Shown: positions 19,301 through 27,806 of the stretch, piece after piece
Numbering within the stretch: position 1 is the stretch's first letter
Layout of the letters: every line of letters begins with the position of its first letter
From: Planctomycetota bacterium
GTDB lineage: Bacteria; Planctomycetota; PLA2; JAEUHO01
Assembly (NCBI GenBank): GCA_965222115.1
Contig: CBDCTJ010000007.1
Span: forward strand, 2,336,001 to 2,400,000
Reading direction: 5' to 3'
DNA length: 64,000 bases
The notes under the pieces: model-generated
Told to the model about the DNA's origin: nothing
The model's database searches: none
Seen by the model: only the letters and a program-made list of their open reading frames with translations
Position numbers and translations under genes: made by a program

Positions 19301-21451
19301 ATGACTTGGATTGGATTGCTGCTCATGACGTGCATCTTTGCACCCGCTTCAGCCAAGGAACCTGCGAAGGACGAGAGCTTTGCATACCCCGTGACGCCTC
19401 GAACCGACGTACACGATATGTTGCACGGTGAGCGTGTAGATGATCCGTATCGGTGGTTGGAAGACGACGATGCGCCGGAAGTCATCAAGTGGGACAAGGC
19501 GCAAATGAATGTTGTGCGCAGCACGTTGGATGGTGTCGAGGGACGAGATGCGATTGCTGCGCGCATCGAGGAAGAGTTTGCACTCGACGGCATCGCGTCG
19601 CTCCCACGGTTTTCCGATAAGGCACGTTGGTTTCGTCGTCGCCACAAAGGGCAAAATCACGCCGCCCTGTATAGGACCAATCTTGAAGGCACCGAAAAAC
19701 CCCGTGTCGTCTTGGATCCCAACACGTGGAGCAAAGACGGAACCGAAGGACTCGTGTCGTTCGAGGTGTCGCCCGATGGAAAATACGTGGCGTACTTGCG
19801 CGCCCCCAAGGGATCGGAAAACTCTACGCTCTACATTCGCGACGTGGCAACGGGCCGTGACTTGCCCGAACGCATAGGACGCACGAAATTCTCAAACATA
19901 ATTTGGGATCGCGACAGCCGAGGATTCATGTACTCCCGGATGCCCGATCCCGAACTCGTACCCGCGTCCGAAACGCAACACAACCGGCGCATCTATCACC
20001 ACACGCTCGGCGATGTGCCTATTGATGATCCAATCGTTTGGGGTCGCGGGCGCCCGGCATTGGAATCGAGTTGGTGTTATCGAAGCGCCGACCGAAAGCA
20101 CGTGTATGTGTCCCACGGACTCCCGTATCGTGCGATCAATACGGTTGAAATCGAATGGAATGACGGCACGGCTCGTGAAATTCCGATCATGTCCGATGCG
20201 AAGGACCGCACCTACATCGGACGCAGTGGCGACTACTACGTGCTCAACAGTGACCGGCACGATGGGCGCCGAGAGATTTATGTATCGAAGGTCCAAGAAA
20301 ATCGTGAGCCCGGACCGTGGGAGCGCGTTGCGGTTCCCCCCAGTGAGCGCGGTGCCATCGATAACGTGCACATCGTGGCGGGTCGTCACCTGCTTCTGCA
20401 GGCACGAGACAATGTAGTCAGCTCGCTTTGGGTGATCCCGCTAGAGAGCAAAGACGGCACGCGCAAACGTCGCACGATTGCCCTGCCGAGTCCTGGCACC
20501 GTGTCACGCATCGTGACCCGCGAAGGCGACTCCCGCGTGTGGCTTCGTTTTTCTAGTTACAGCACGCCAGATTCCAACTGGGAAGTCGATCTCGACGATG
20601 AACAGCCCACGACGAGACTCGTGGAGCGGCTACCCACCACGATCGACCTCGATCGACTGGTGAGCGAGCGCCGCATCTACAAGAGCAAGGACGGCACCGA
20701 CGTACCGATTTTCCTATTGAGGCTCCAAGACACGCCACTTGACGGAAGTGCGCCGTGTGTGCTCTACGGATACGGCGGCTTTCGCAACAGCATGACGCCC
20801 CGCTTTGGTCGGGCGTCGGCATTGTGGGCCGAGATGGGCGGCATCTGGGCGGTTGCCTGTATTCGAGGGGGGAGCGAGTTTGGCGAGGCGTGGCACGCGG
20901 CCGGTGCTATGGGCAATAAGCAAAATGTTTTTGACGACTTCATTGCTGCCGCCGATTGGCTGGTGAATGAGAACATCTGCACGCGCGATCGACTTGCCAT
21001 TGCGGGGGGGAGCAACGGCGGTTTGCTCACTGCGGTGTGTGTCAATCAGCGTCCCGACCTCTGTCGCGCTGCGATCAGCGCCGTGCCATTGACCGATATG
21101 CTTCGCTATCACAGGTTTCAATTCGCCAAGTCGTGGACGCTTGAATACGGTGATCCCGACAATCCCAAACACGCCCAATGGTTGCGCAAGTACTCGCCCT
21201 ATCACAACGTGAAGGCCGGCACCGCGTATCCCGCCACGCTGCTGACCGCCGGGCTCCATGACGGTCGCGTCAATGCGCTCCACGCGCGTAAGATGGCCGC
21301 CCAGTGGCAGCATGCCACGACCAGTACCCATCGGCCTATCCTCGTACGAATCGATCGTGAGTCGGGGCACGGGGCCGCCTCCATGAAACAGATGCGGGCT
21401 CAACTGTTGGACCGATTGATGTTCCTCAAACGAGAGCTGGGTGTGCGGTGA
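19301..21451 (+). CDS. Prolyl oligopeptidase (S9A), exported
   Basis: DPYRWLE, LYGYGGF, RGGSEFGEAWH, GGSNGGLL, DGRV and SGHG motifs; signal peptide. Confidence 0.93.
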   Translation: MTWIGLLLMTCIFAPASAKEPAKDESFAYPVTPRTDVHDMLHGERVDDPYRWLEDDDAPEVIKWDKAQMNVVRSTLDGVEGRDAIAARIEEEFALDGIASLPRFSDKARWFRRRHKGQNHAALYRTNLEGTEKPRVVLDPNTWSKDGTEGLVSFEVSPDGKYVAYLRAPKGSENSTLYIRDVATGRDLPERIGRTKFSNIIWDRDSRGFMYSRMPDPELVPASETQHNRRIYHHTLGDVPIDDPIVWGRGRPALESSWCYRSADRKHVYVSHGLPYRAINTVEIEWNDGTAREIPIMSDAKDRTYIGRSGDYYVLNSDRHDGRREIYVSKVQENREPGPWERVAVPPSERGAIDNVHIVAGRHLLLQARDNVVSSLWVIPLESKDGTRKRRTIALPSPGTVSRIVTREGDSRVWLRFSSYSTPDSNWEVDLDDEQPTTRLVERLPTTIDLDRLVSERRIYKSKDGTDVPIFLLRLQDTPLDGSAPCVLYGYGGFRNSMTPRFGRASALWAEMGGIWAVACIRGGSEFGEAWHAAGAMGNKQNVFDDFIAAADWLVNENICTRDRLAIAGGSNGGLLTAVCVNQRPDLCRAAISAVPLTDMLRYHRFQFAKSWTLEYGDPDNPKHAQWLRKYSPYHNVKAGTAYPATLLTAGLHDGRVNALHARKMAAQWQHATTSTHRPILVRIDRESGHGAASMKQMRAQLLDRLMFLKRELGVR

Positions 21452-21816
21452 TGTCTGAGTCTGGCGCAATGCCTGAGACCGCAACGACGCCGCGTGCGAT
21501 TCGACTGGACGTTGCGGATGACCTGCTCGAAATCGCCTGGGCCGATGATCACGTGTCCACCTACTGCGGCGCGTACCTGCGGTGGATTTGCCCGTGCGCC
21601 GACTGCCGTGGGCACTACAAGGGGCAAAAGCCCGACCTGGCGTGGCGTGCTGTTTCCCACGTGACCGTGAGCCATGTTGAGGCGGTGGGCACCTACGCGC
21701 TCCGATTTGATCTTAGCGATCGCCATGAATCAGGCATCTACAGCTATACGCTCCTGCGCGAGCGATGTCCGTCCACGCGAAATGACCTGGACGTACGCGG
21801 ACGACCCAAGACGTAG
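21451..21816 (+). CDS. DUF971 / GBBH-like N-terminal domain protein
   Basis: W.DDH...YLRWICPCADC...VGTYALRFDLSDRHESGIYSY..LR. Confidence 0.88.
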   Translation: MSESGAMPETATTPRAIRLDVADDLLEIAWADDHVSTYCGAYLRWICPCADCRGHYKGQKPDLAWRAVSHVTVSHVEAVGTYALRFDLSDRHESGIYSYTLLRERCPSTRNDLDVRGRPKT

Positions 21817-21977
21817 GCCTCGAAGAGCCCAACAGGAAGCAAACCGCGTCAGCCAATTCGGCCCCGCCTAGTGGGCCCAATTCGTGACCGTCTTTCCGCG
21901 CGGCGGGGTTGATGGTCGATAGTATTCCCATTTCTAGGGCCCCAGCCCTGCACCAGTTCGTCCAACGGAGAAGCACT

Positions 21978-23573
21978 GTGGACCTACAGCTCAACGCAAC
22001 CGCGGTCAAGGGTCTCTCGGCGGTTCATATGAACCTCAGTCGTCCCGAGCTCTACGAGGCCATTGTGACGCGTGGCGAGGCGCAGCTGGCCAAGGGCGGC
22101 GCGATTGCCGCCACGACCGGTGAATACACGGGACGATCCCCCAAAGACAAATACATCGTGTCCACGTCAACCACGGAAAACGTCATTTGGTGGGACGGCA
22201 AAGAAGCGCATCGATTTACTCGCGAGCAATTCGATGCACTTCATAGAAAACAACTCGACTACCTCAAGGGCAAAGAACTTTTCGTGCGTGATTGCTACGC
22301 TGGCGCAGGTGAACAGAATCAAATGCGCGTACGTATTGCAACGGAGCGCGCGTGGCACAACTTGTTTGCGCACAACATGTTTCGGCGAGTGAACGACGCA
22401 GACGTCCTCAAGAATTGGGAGCCTGAGTTTTCGGTGCTTCAGACCCCCGGATTTTCCGCCACGCCCGACGCCGACGACACGCGCTCCGAGGTGTTTGTTG
22501 CGCTCGACTTGGAGCGCCGCCTCGTCATGATCGGCGGCACGCGCTATGCGGGCGAAATCAAGAAGTCGATCTTTACGGCGCTCAATTACCTATTGCCCCT
22601 GAAGGGCGTACTGGGTATGCACTGCTCGGCTAACACGGGAGCCAATGGCGATAGTGCCGTGTTCTTTGGGTTATCGGGCACAGGAAAAACAACGCTCTCG
22701 GCCGATGCATCGCGCGAGTTGATTGGTGATGACGAGCACGGGTGGAGCGATCAGGGCATCTTCAATTTCGAAGGCGGTTGCTACGCCAAAGTGATTCGAT
22801 TGTCACAAGAAGCCGAGCCCGAGATCCATCGCACCACGGGCATGTTCGGCACCATCCTCGAGAACGTTCCGTTCTTCCGAGGCACGCGCATTCCCAACCT
22901 TGACGACGATTCGCTCACCGAGAATACGCGCGCGTCCTATCCGCTGGAGAGCATCGACAACATCGTTGAGTCGGGCACGGGCGGGCACCCCAAGCATGTC
23001 ATTATGCTCACCTGCGATGCGTTTGGCGTGTTGCCACCCGTGGCCATGCTCTCGCCGGAACAGGCGATGTATCACTTCATAAGCGGGTACACGGCCAAAG
23101 TCGCGGGTACCGAGCGGGGCGTCACGGAACCCAAAGCCACGTTCTCCGCATGCTTTGGCGCGCCCTTCATGCCGCTACATCCCGGTCGTTATGCCGAACT
23201 CCTAGGTAAGAAGATCGAAGAACACGGTACCCGTTGCTGGCTGCTCAATACCGGCTGGAGTGGGGGCGCCTATGGCGTTGGATCCCGCATGCCCATACGC
23301 TATTCGCGTGCGCTTTTGAATGCCGCCCTCGCGGGCACCCTCAACGATGTCGAGATGCGCGTCGATCCCACCTTCGGGGTGTCGGTGCCGGTGTCGTGCC
23401 CCGGCGTCCCGGATGAAATCCTCGATCCGCGTAGCGTGTGGGACGACACGTCCGCCTACGACGAAAGGGCCGCCAAGTTGGCGCAGATGTTTCACGAGAA
23501 CTTCAAAGCCTTTGAGGACGGCGTCACGCCTGCAATCCGCAAAGCGGGCCCGCGGGTGGGGGCGGCGGTGTAG
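21978..23573 (+). CDS. pckA: Phosphoenolpyruvate carboxykinase (ATP)
   Basis: TGRSPKDK, YAGEIKKS, MHCSAN, GLSGTGKTTLS, LIGDDEHGW and NFEGGCYAK motifs; GGAG RBS before GTG 21978. Confidence 0.97.
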   Translation: MDLQLNATAVKGLSAVHMNLSRPELYEAIVTRGEAQLAKGGAIAATTGEYTGRSPKDKYIVSTSTTENVIWWDGKEAHRFTREQFDALHRKQLDYLKGKELFVRDCYAGAGEQNQMRVRIATERAWHNLFAHNMFRRVNDADVLKNWEPEFSVLQTPGFSATPDADDTRSEVFVALDLERRLVMIGGTRYAGEIKKSIFTALNYLLPLKGVLGMHCSANTGANGDSAVFFGLSGTGKTTLSADASRELIGDDEHGWSDQGIFNFEGGCYAKVIRLSQEAEPEIHRTTGMFGTILENVPFFRGTRIPNLDDDSLTENTRASYPLESIDNIVESGTGGHPKHVIMLTCDAFGVLPPVAMLSPEQAMYHFISGYTAKVAGTERGVTEPKATFSACFGAPFMPLHPGRYAELLGKKIEEHGTRCWLLNTGWSGGAYGVGSRMPIRYSRALLNAALAGTLNDVEMRVDPTFGVSVPVSCPGVPDEILDPRSVWDDTSAYDERAAKLAQMFHENFKAFEDGVTPAIRKAGPRVGAAV

Positions 23574-23627
23574 CTCGGATCCTTCCGCCGCAATCCGACT
23601 ATTGAATCGCCGAGCGCCGAATTAGCG

Positions 23628-23690
23628 CTTCGCGACCTCGACCGCGTTCGCGCGATGTTGAACGCGCTCGTCCGCCGCTGGAGGGCGTGA
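23628..23690 (+). pseudogene. 3'-terminal fragment of a type-B four-helix bundle gene
   Basis: Encodes LRDLDRVRAMLNALVRRWRA*, nearly identical to the end of 10018-10404 (LRDLDRVRAMLNALIRRWRE*). Confidence 0.8.
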
Positions 23691-23765
23691 GGCACTCTCA
23701 TTCATTCAGCGATTCTCGAAATTTGGTGCCAGGCGCAGATTGCGTGTGTCATCCAGTAGCGCACT

Positions 23766-23822
23766 CCCGTTACCCGAAACCCGTTACCCGTTACCCGACA
23801 CCCGCAACCCGTTACCCGGACT
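23766..23822 (+). repeat. Composite repeat unit 5, left half (heptamers up to the CT insertion point)
   Basis: CCCGTTA-type heptamers ending GTTACCCGGA-CT. Confidence 0.88.
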
Positions 23823-24791
23823 TCTATGAAAGGGCCTGGCATGTCAAGTGCGAAGCCGCGTCGGCGAGCGCATTTACCGCGTTGTGCATGTGTAGTTCGG
23901 CCCCTTGAGTGCGCAACTTACCCTTACCGCCCTTGCCTTTTTGGCAGCGGATCGGGGCGAATCAGATTGCCAGTCATCGTCTCTGGCGCCAGAAAACACG
24001 TCCCATTCAGGCTTCTATGCGCACTCGTGTTGGATCGAAGTTGATGCGACCCGGTGCAAGGTGGGGTCCGAGAACGAGTCTGGGTGCTGCATACTCAGTA
24101 GCGACGTCGCTATACGTCGGTCAGGGCACCGCAGTCACCCGGACTTCTATGAAAGGGCCTGGCATGTCAAGTGCGAAGCCGCGTCGGCGAGCGCATTTAC
24201 CGCGTTGTGCATGTGTAGTTCGGCCCCTTGAGTGCGCAACTTACCCTTACCGCCCTTGCCTTTTTGGCAGCGGATCGGGGCGAATCAGATTGCCAGTCAT
24301 CGTCTCTGGCGCCAGAAAACACGTCCCATTCAGGCTTCTATGCGCACTCGTGTTGGATCGAAGTTGATGCGACCCGGTGCAAGGTGGGGTCCGAGAACGA
24401 GTCTGGGTGCTGCATACTCAGTAGCGACGTCGCTATACGTCGGTCAGGGCACCGCAGTCACCCGGACTTCTATGAAAGGGCCTGGCATGTCAAGTGCGAA
24501 GCCGCGTCGGCGAGCGCATTTACCGCGTTGTGCATGTGTAGTTCGGCCCCTTGAGTGCGCAACTTACCCTTACCGCCCTTGCCTTTTTGGCAGCGGATCG
24601 GGGCGAATCAGATTGCCAGTCATCGTCTCTGGCGCCAGAAAACACGTCCCATTCAGGCTTCTATGCGCACTCGTGTTGGATCGAAGTTGATGCGACCCGG
24701 TGCAAGGTGGGGTCCGAGAACGAGTCTGGGTGCTGCATACTCAGTAGCGACGTCGCTATACGTCGGTCAGGGCACCGCAGTCACCCGGACT
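23823..24791. repeat. Three tandem 323-bp direct repeats (23823-24145, 24146-24468, 24469-24791)
   Basis: ACCCGGACT recurs at 23814, 24137, 24460 and 24783; the units appear identical. Confidence 0.95.
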
Positions 24792-24852
24792 CGAATTGGG
24801 GTACGTGGAAACTGACCTTATCTAATGCTTGCCTAAAGCTGTTGCGCGAGGT
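24469..24852 (-). ncRNA. Putative bridge/seek RNA region downstream of the transposase
   Basis: Location typical of IS1111. Contains a target-like segment (ACCCGG-TG-CAAG-GTGGG-GTCCGA), donor-junction-like segments (TCCCAT and CTTCTATG) and stem-forming sequences. Exact ends unknown. Confidence 0.65.
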
Positions 24853-25902
24853 TCAGGCGGCCACTGGGCATCGAACCGGTATGTACTCTTCGCCTGTTCG
24901 CCACAGCGCAAGCATGAGCACGGAGAGCTTGCGTGCCACGGCGATGACTGCCTTGCGTTTCGCAACTGCGCCTCCACGCGCAATGATCCGCTCACCGTGG
25001 GACTTTAGATCGCATGGCGGGCCCAGTCGCCCGAGGATGTGATGCGCGCACTGAACGAGCAACGACCGAACCATACGGTCCCCAGCCTTCGTTATGCGTA
25101 GCTGCTTGTCCATTTGGCCGGATTGATCACGCCGTGGAACCATCCCGAGAAACGCCCCGACATCTCGGCGGTCTTCAAACCGCGCCCAATCTTGAACGGT
25201 TAACATGAATGCGAGTGCCGTGAGATTGCCCACGCCTGGAATCTGAGTGAGCAACTGTGTATCTGGATATCGCTCGTTCGCCAACTCATCGATCTTTGCG
25301 TCGTAGATCTTTACCAACTCAGTGATTCGCTCGATTGCACCGAGAAGGGGACTAAGCACATCGTAGAGCTCCTCCGGAATCTCGGCCCGCGTCTTCGTTC
25401 CGATGCATTTTGATGCCTGCTTACGCAACCGCCCGCCCATGCTCTTAATGACGCCTCGTAGCGAGTTCACCAACTTGGTTCGTGACGACACAAGCGCGGC
25501 TCGTGCACGAATCAGCGCAAGGTCTCGTTGTGCGGACTCCGGTCGATGCCGAATTGGGGCAAGTAGTTGGGGATCGAAGCGACCGATTTCAGCCAACTTC
25601 TTGGCATCCGTTCGATCGGACTTGCGAGTGTTCCTGTAAATAAAGCTTAGCTCTCGCGGATTCGCGACTAGCGACTGAGCACATCGACCTTCGACGACCC
25701 GACTCGCCCAAGGCGAATGCGTTCCCGCCTCCATCACAACTCGAGCGGTTCGGTGCTTCGATAGAAACTCGTGAAACGATTCGCGCGTTGTCGCTATCTC
25801 GCCTTCTTCCTTCTGAACCCCCGTGTCTTGATCTAAGACGCAATACCAAGAGAATCGGTCGCCTAAGTCGATGCCAATCGTTTCGGTGATACGCTTATGC
25901 AT
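24853..25902 (-). CDS. IS110 family transposase/recombinase
   Basis: TIGIDLG, VMEAG and KSDRTDA (DEDD RuvC-like domain); IPGVG...GMVPRRDQSG...ITKAG; AVARKL; AGGAGGAG RBS. Confidence 0.95.
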   Translation of the reverse strand: MHKRITETIGIDLGDRFSWYCVLDQDTGVQKEEGEIATTRESFHEFLSKHRTARVVMEAGTHSPWASRVVEGRCAQSLVANPRELSFIYRNTRKSDRTDAKKLAEIGRFDPQLLAPIRHRPESAQRDLALIRARAALVSSRTKLVNSLRGVIKSMGGRLRKQASKCIGTKTRAEIPEELYDVLSPLLGAIERITELVKIYDAKIDELANERYPDTQLLTQIPGVGNLTALAFMLTVQDWARFEDRRDVGAFLGMVPRRDQSGQMDKQLRITKAGDRMVRSLLVQCAHHILGRLGPPCDLKSHGERIIARGGAVAKRKAVIAVARKLSVLMLALWRTGEEYIPVRCPVAA

Positions 25903-26001
25903 GCTGGTAGCTCCTCCTGGGCCGTAGAGCCCGCTTATTGTTTGCAGCACGGTTTACCGTGACTGCGCGACAGAGGAGCTACCGGCCTTTTCATCCCATC
26001 T

Positions 26002-26100
26002 CAAGTGTGAGCGTCCGATAGTCGATTCACGCCAGCTCGTGGACGTGGACGTGGACGTGGACGTGGACGTGGACGTGGACGTGGACGTGGACGTGGACGT
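26002..26100 (+). repeat. Composite repeat unit 5, right half: core remainder + (GTGGAC)x10
   Basis: CAAGTGTGAGCGTCCGATAGTCGATTCACGCCAGCTC-(GTGGAC)10, matching unit 4. Confidence 0.9.
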
Positions 26101-26247
26101 CGGAGGCCAAGGGTGGAGCCCTTGAGCCGGAGACCGCTCTCAGCTCCCTTCATGTGAGCAATTCAGCGGCGTGCCGCCACGCAACGTGCCCAGCAGCCAC
26201 CGAATCACGCCCCGAAACGTTTGGGCTCTGCGTCGTTGTGTGACGTA

Positions 26248-27735
26248 CTACCCAGTCAAACTCGGCTTGGCACCAAGGCTCACACCCACGCTCGACTTGT
26301 CAAAGCGCACGTACTCCCATGCGAACTCGTTGCCGTTGATGCCCTTGCGGGGCGGGGCGATCCAACTGGCGATCTTACCGACCTCGAAGACGGGTGTCAT
26401 GAGGCTCTTGACATAGGCCTGGTCACTGCTGCCGGGGAGCCATGCGTCGCGGTTTTTGTTGAACTCGTCCTCGGTGACGGGCTCGCCTTTGGGATCGAAA
26501 TGGCCTGCGCTGTAGATGCCCATGTTGCGGTGGAAGCGGCGGTGGGGGAGCTCGAATCGGAAGTCAATCTTCTCCTTCTCAAGGATTCGATTCCAACGGC
26601 CCACGACAAATACGCAGTCGCCAATGTAGCCGTCGCGCAGCACTTCATTCATGGCGTTGCGCAGCGGTACCTGCTCCGTGGTCAGCGACACCTTGGTGCC
26701 GCCATTCTTGGTAGGGACTTGCATCTCGTAGGCGCCTTCCAATGCCTTATGGTCTTCGTACTTTGATTCTTTGTAGCGACCCTTGAGGCCATTGGCGAAG
26801 TACACGGATGCGTTGTTGCTGATCTCGCCGCCAAAGAGATTGACCGAAGAACTAAACCAACGATTGATGTAGCGCTGAATGGTCGGCAAATCGATCACGC
26901 CCTGCTGGCGCAGCTTCTCGGGATCGTCGGTCTTGAGTTCATTCATGGCTTCTGCGGTGCGTTGAATCACACGTCCCACGCCCGTCTCGCCCACAAACAT
27001 GTGGTGGGCCTCCTCGGTGAGCATGAATTGCGTGGTGCGGGCAAGGGGGTCTAGGCCCGATTCGGAGAGCGCAAGCAATTGGAACTTGCCGTCGCGGTCG
27101 GTAAACGTCGTAAACATGAAGAACGAGAGCCAGTCTTCCACCGGCTCATTAAACGTGCCCAGGATGCGCGGCGAATCTTCGTGACCGCTACGGCGCCGCA
27201 AGAGATCGTCGGCCTCTTCACGACCATCACGTCCAAAGTGCGTGTGAAGCAGGTACACCATGGCCCACAAGTGTCGCCCTTCTTCAACATTCACCTGAAA
27301 GAGGTTGCGCAAGTCATACAAACTCGGCGCGGTCTGCCCCAAGAGACGCTGCTGTTCGACGCTGGCCGGTTCCGTATCGGCTTGTGTCACAATGATGCGA
27401 CGGAGCGCATTCCGGTATTCGCCGGGAACCTTCTGCCACGCGGGTTGACCCGCGAAATCACCGCAAGGAATCGTGCGGTCCACCTCCTGGGGCTGTAGGA
27501 AAATGCCCCAGCGATAATCGGGCATTTTGACGTAGCCAAATTGTGCCCATCCATCGCGACCCACGTCGATTGCGGTGCGCAGATAGATGTCATCTGCTTG
27601 GAACCCCTCAGGCCCCATTTCTTTCCACCAATCGACAAAGTGGGGTTGCCACGCCTCAAGGGCGCGCTGCAACCGTCGGTCATCTTTTAGACCAACGTTG
27701 TTGGGAATCTTGGCATTAAGGTCCACATTGCCCAT
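26248..27735 (-). CDS. boxB: Benzoyl-CoA 2,3-epoxidase subunit B
   Basis: KIPNNV, WW..MGP.GFQ, QADTEPASVEQQ, VNVEEGRHLWAM and MLTEEAHHMFVG diiron motifs. Confidence 0.95.
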   Translation of the reverse strand: MGNVDLNAKIPNNVGLKDDRRLQRALEAWQPHFVDWWKEMGPEGFQADDIYLRTAIDVGRDGWAQFGYVKMPDYRWGIFLQPQEVDRTIPCGDFAGQPAWQKVPGEYRNALRRIIVTQADTEPASVEQQRLLGQTAPSLYDLRNLFQVNVEEGRHLWAMVYLLHTHFGRDGREEADDLLRRRSGHEDSPRILGTFNEPVEDWLSFFMFTTFTDRDGKFQLLALSESGLDPLARTTQFMLTEEAHHMFVGETGVGRVIQRTAEAMNELKTDDPEKLRQQGVIDLPTIQRYINRWFSSSVNLFGGEISNNASVYFANGLKGRYKESKYEDHKALEGAYEMQVPTKNGGTKVSLTTEQVPLRNAMNEVLRDGYIGDCVFVVGRWNRILEKEKIDFRFELPHRRFHRNMGIYSAGHFDPKGEPVTEDEFNKNRDAWLPGSSDQAYVKSLMTPVFEVGKIASWIAPPRKGINGNEFAWEYVRFDKSSVGVSLGAKPSLTG

Positions 27736-27806
27736 GGGGTGCTCCGCGTTTCAATCGGTGATTTCGTATTCGAGTAATTTCGCATTCGAACACATGTCGT
27801 TCGCCC

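Larger units (their letters stand above)
23823..26001 (-). mobile_element. IS110-family (IS1111-type) insertion sequence with triplicated downstream non-coding end
   Basis: Flanks rejoin to the empty site seen at 15012-15030 and 15713-15730. CT core at both ends (23821-22, 26000-01). Sub-terminal IRs ATGAAAGGGCC / GGCCTTTTCAT. With one non-coding copy the element is ~1.53 kb. Confidence 0.9.

Noticed and set aside
23823-24791. 323-bp repeats as a CRISPR array, or the repeated 108/152-aa ORFs as genes
   Set aside because: No unique spacers and no cas genes. The ORFs span unit junctions, lack RBSs and lie in the IS non-coding end.
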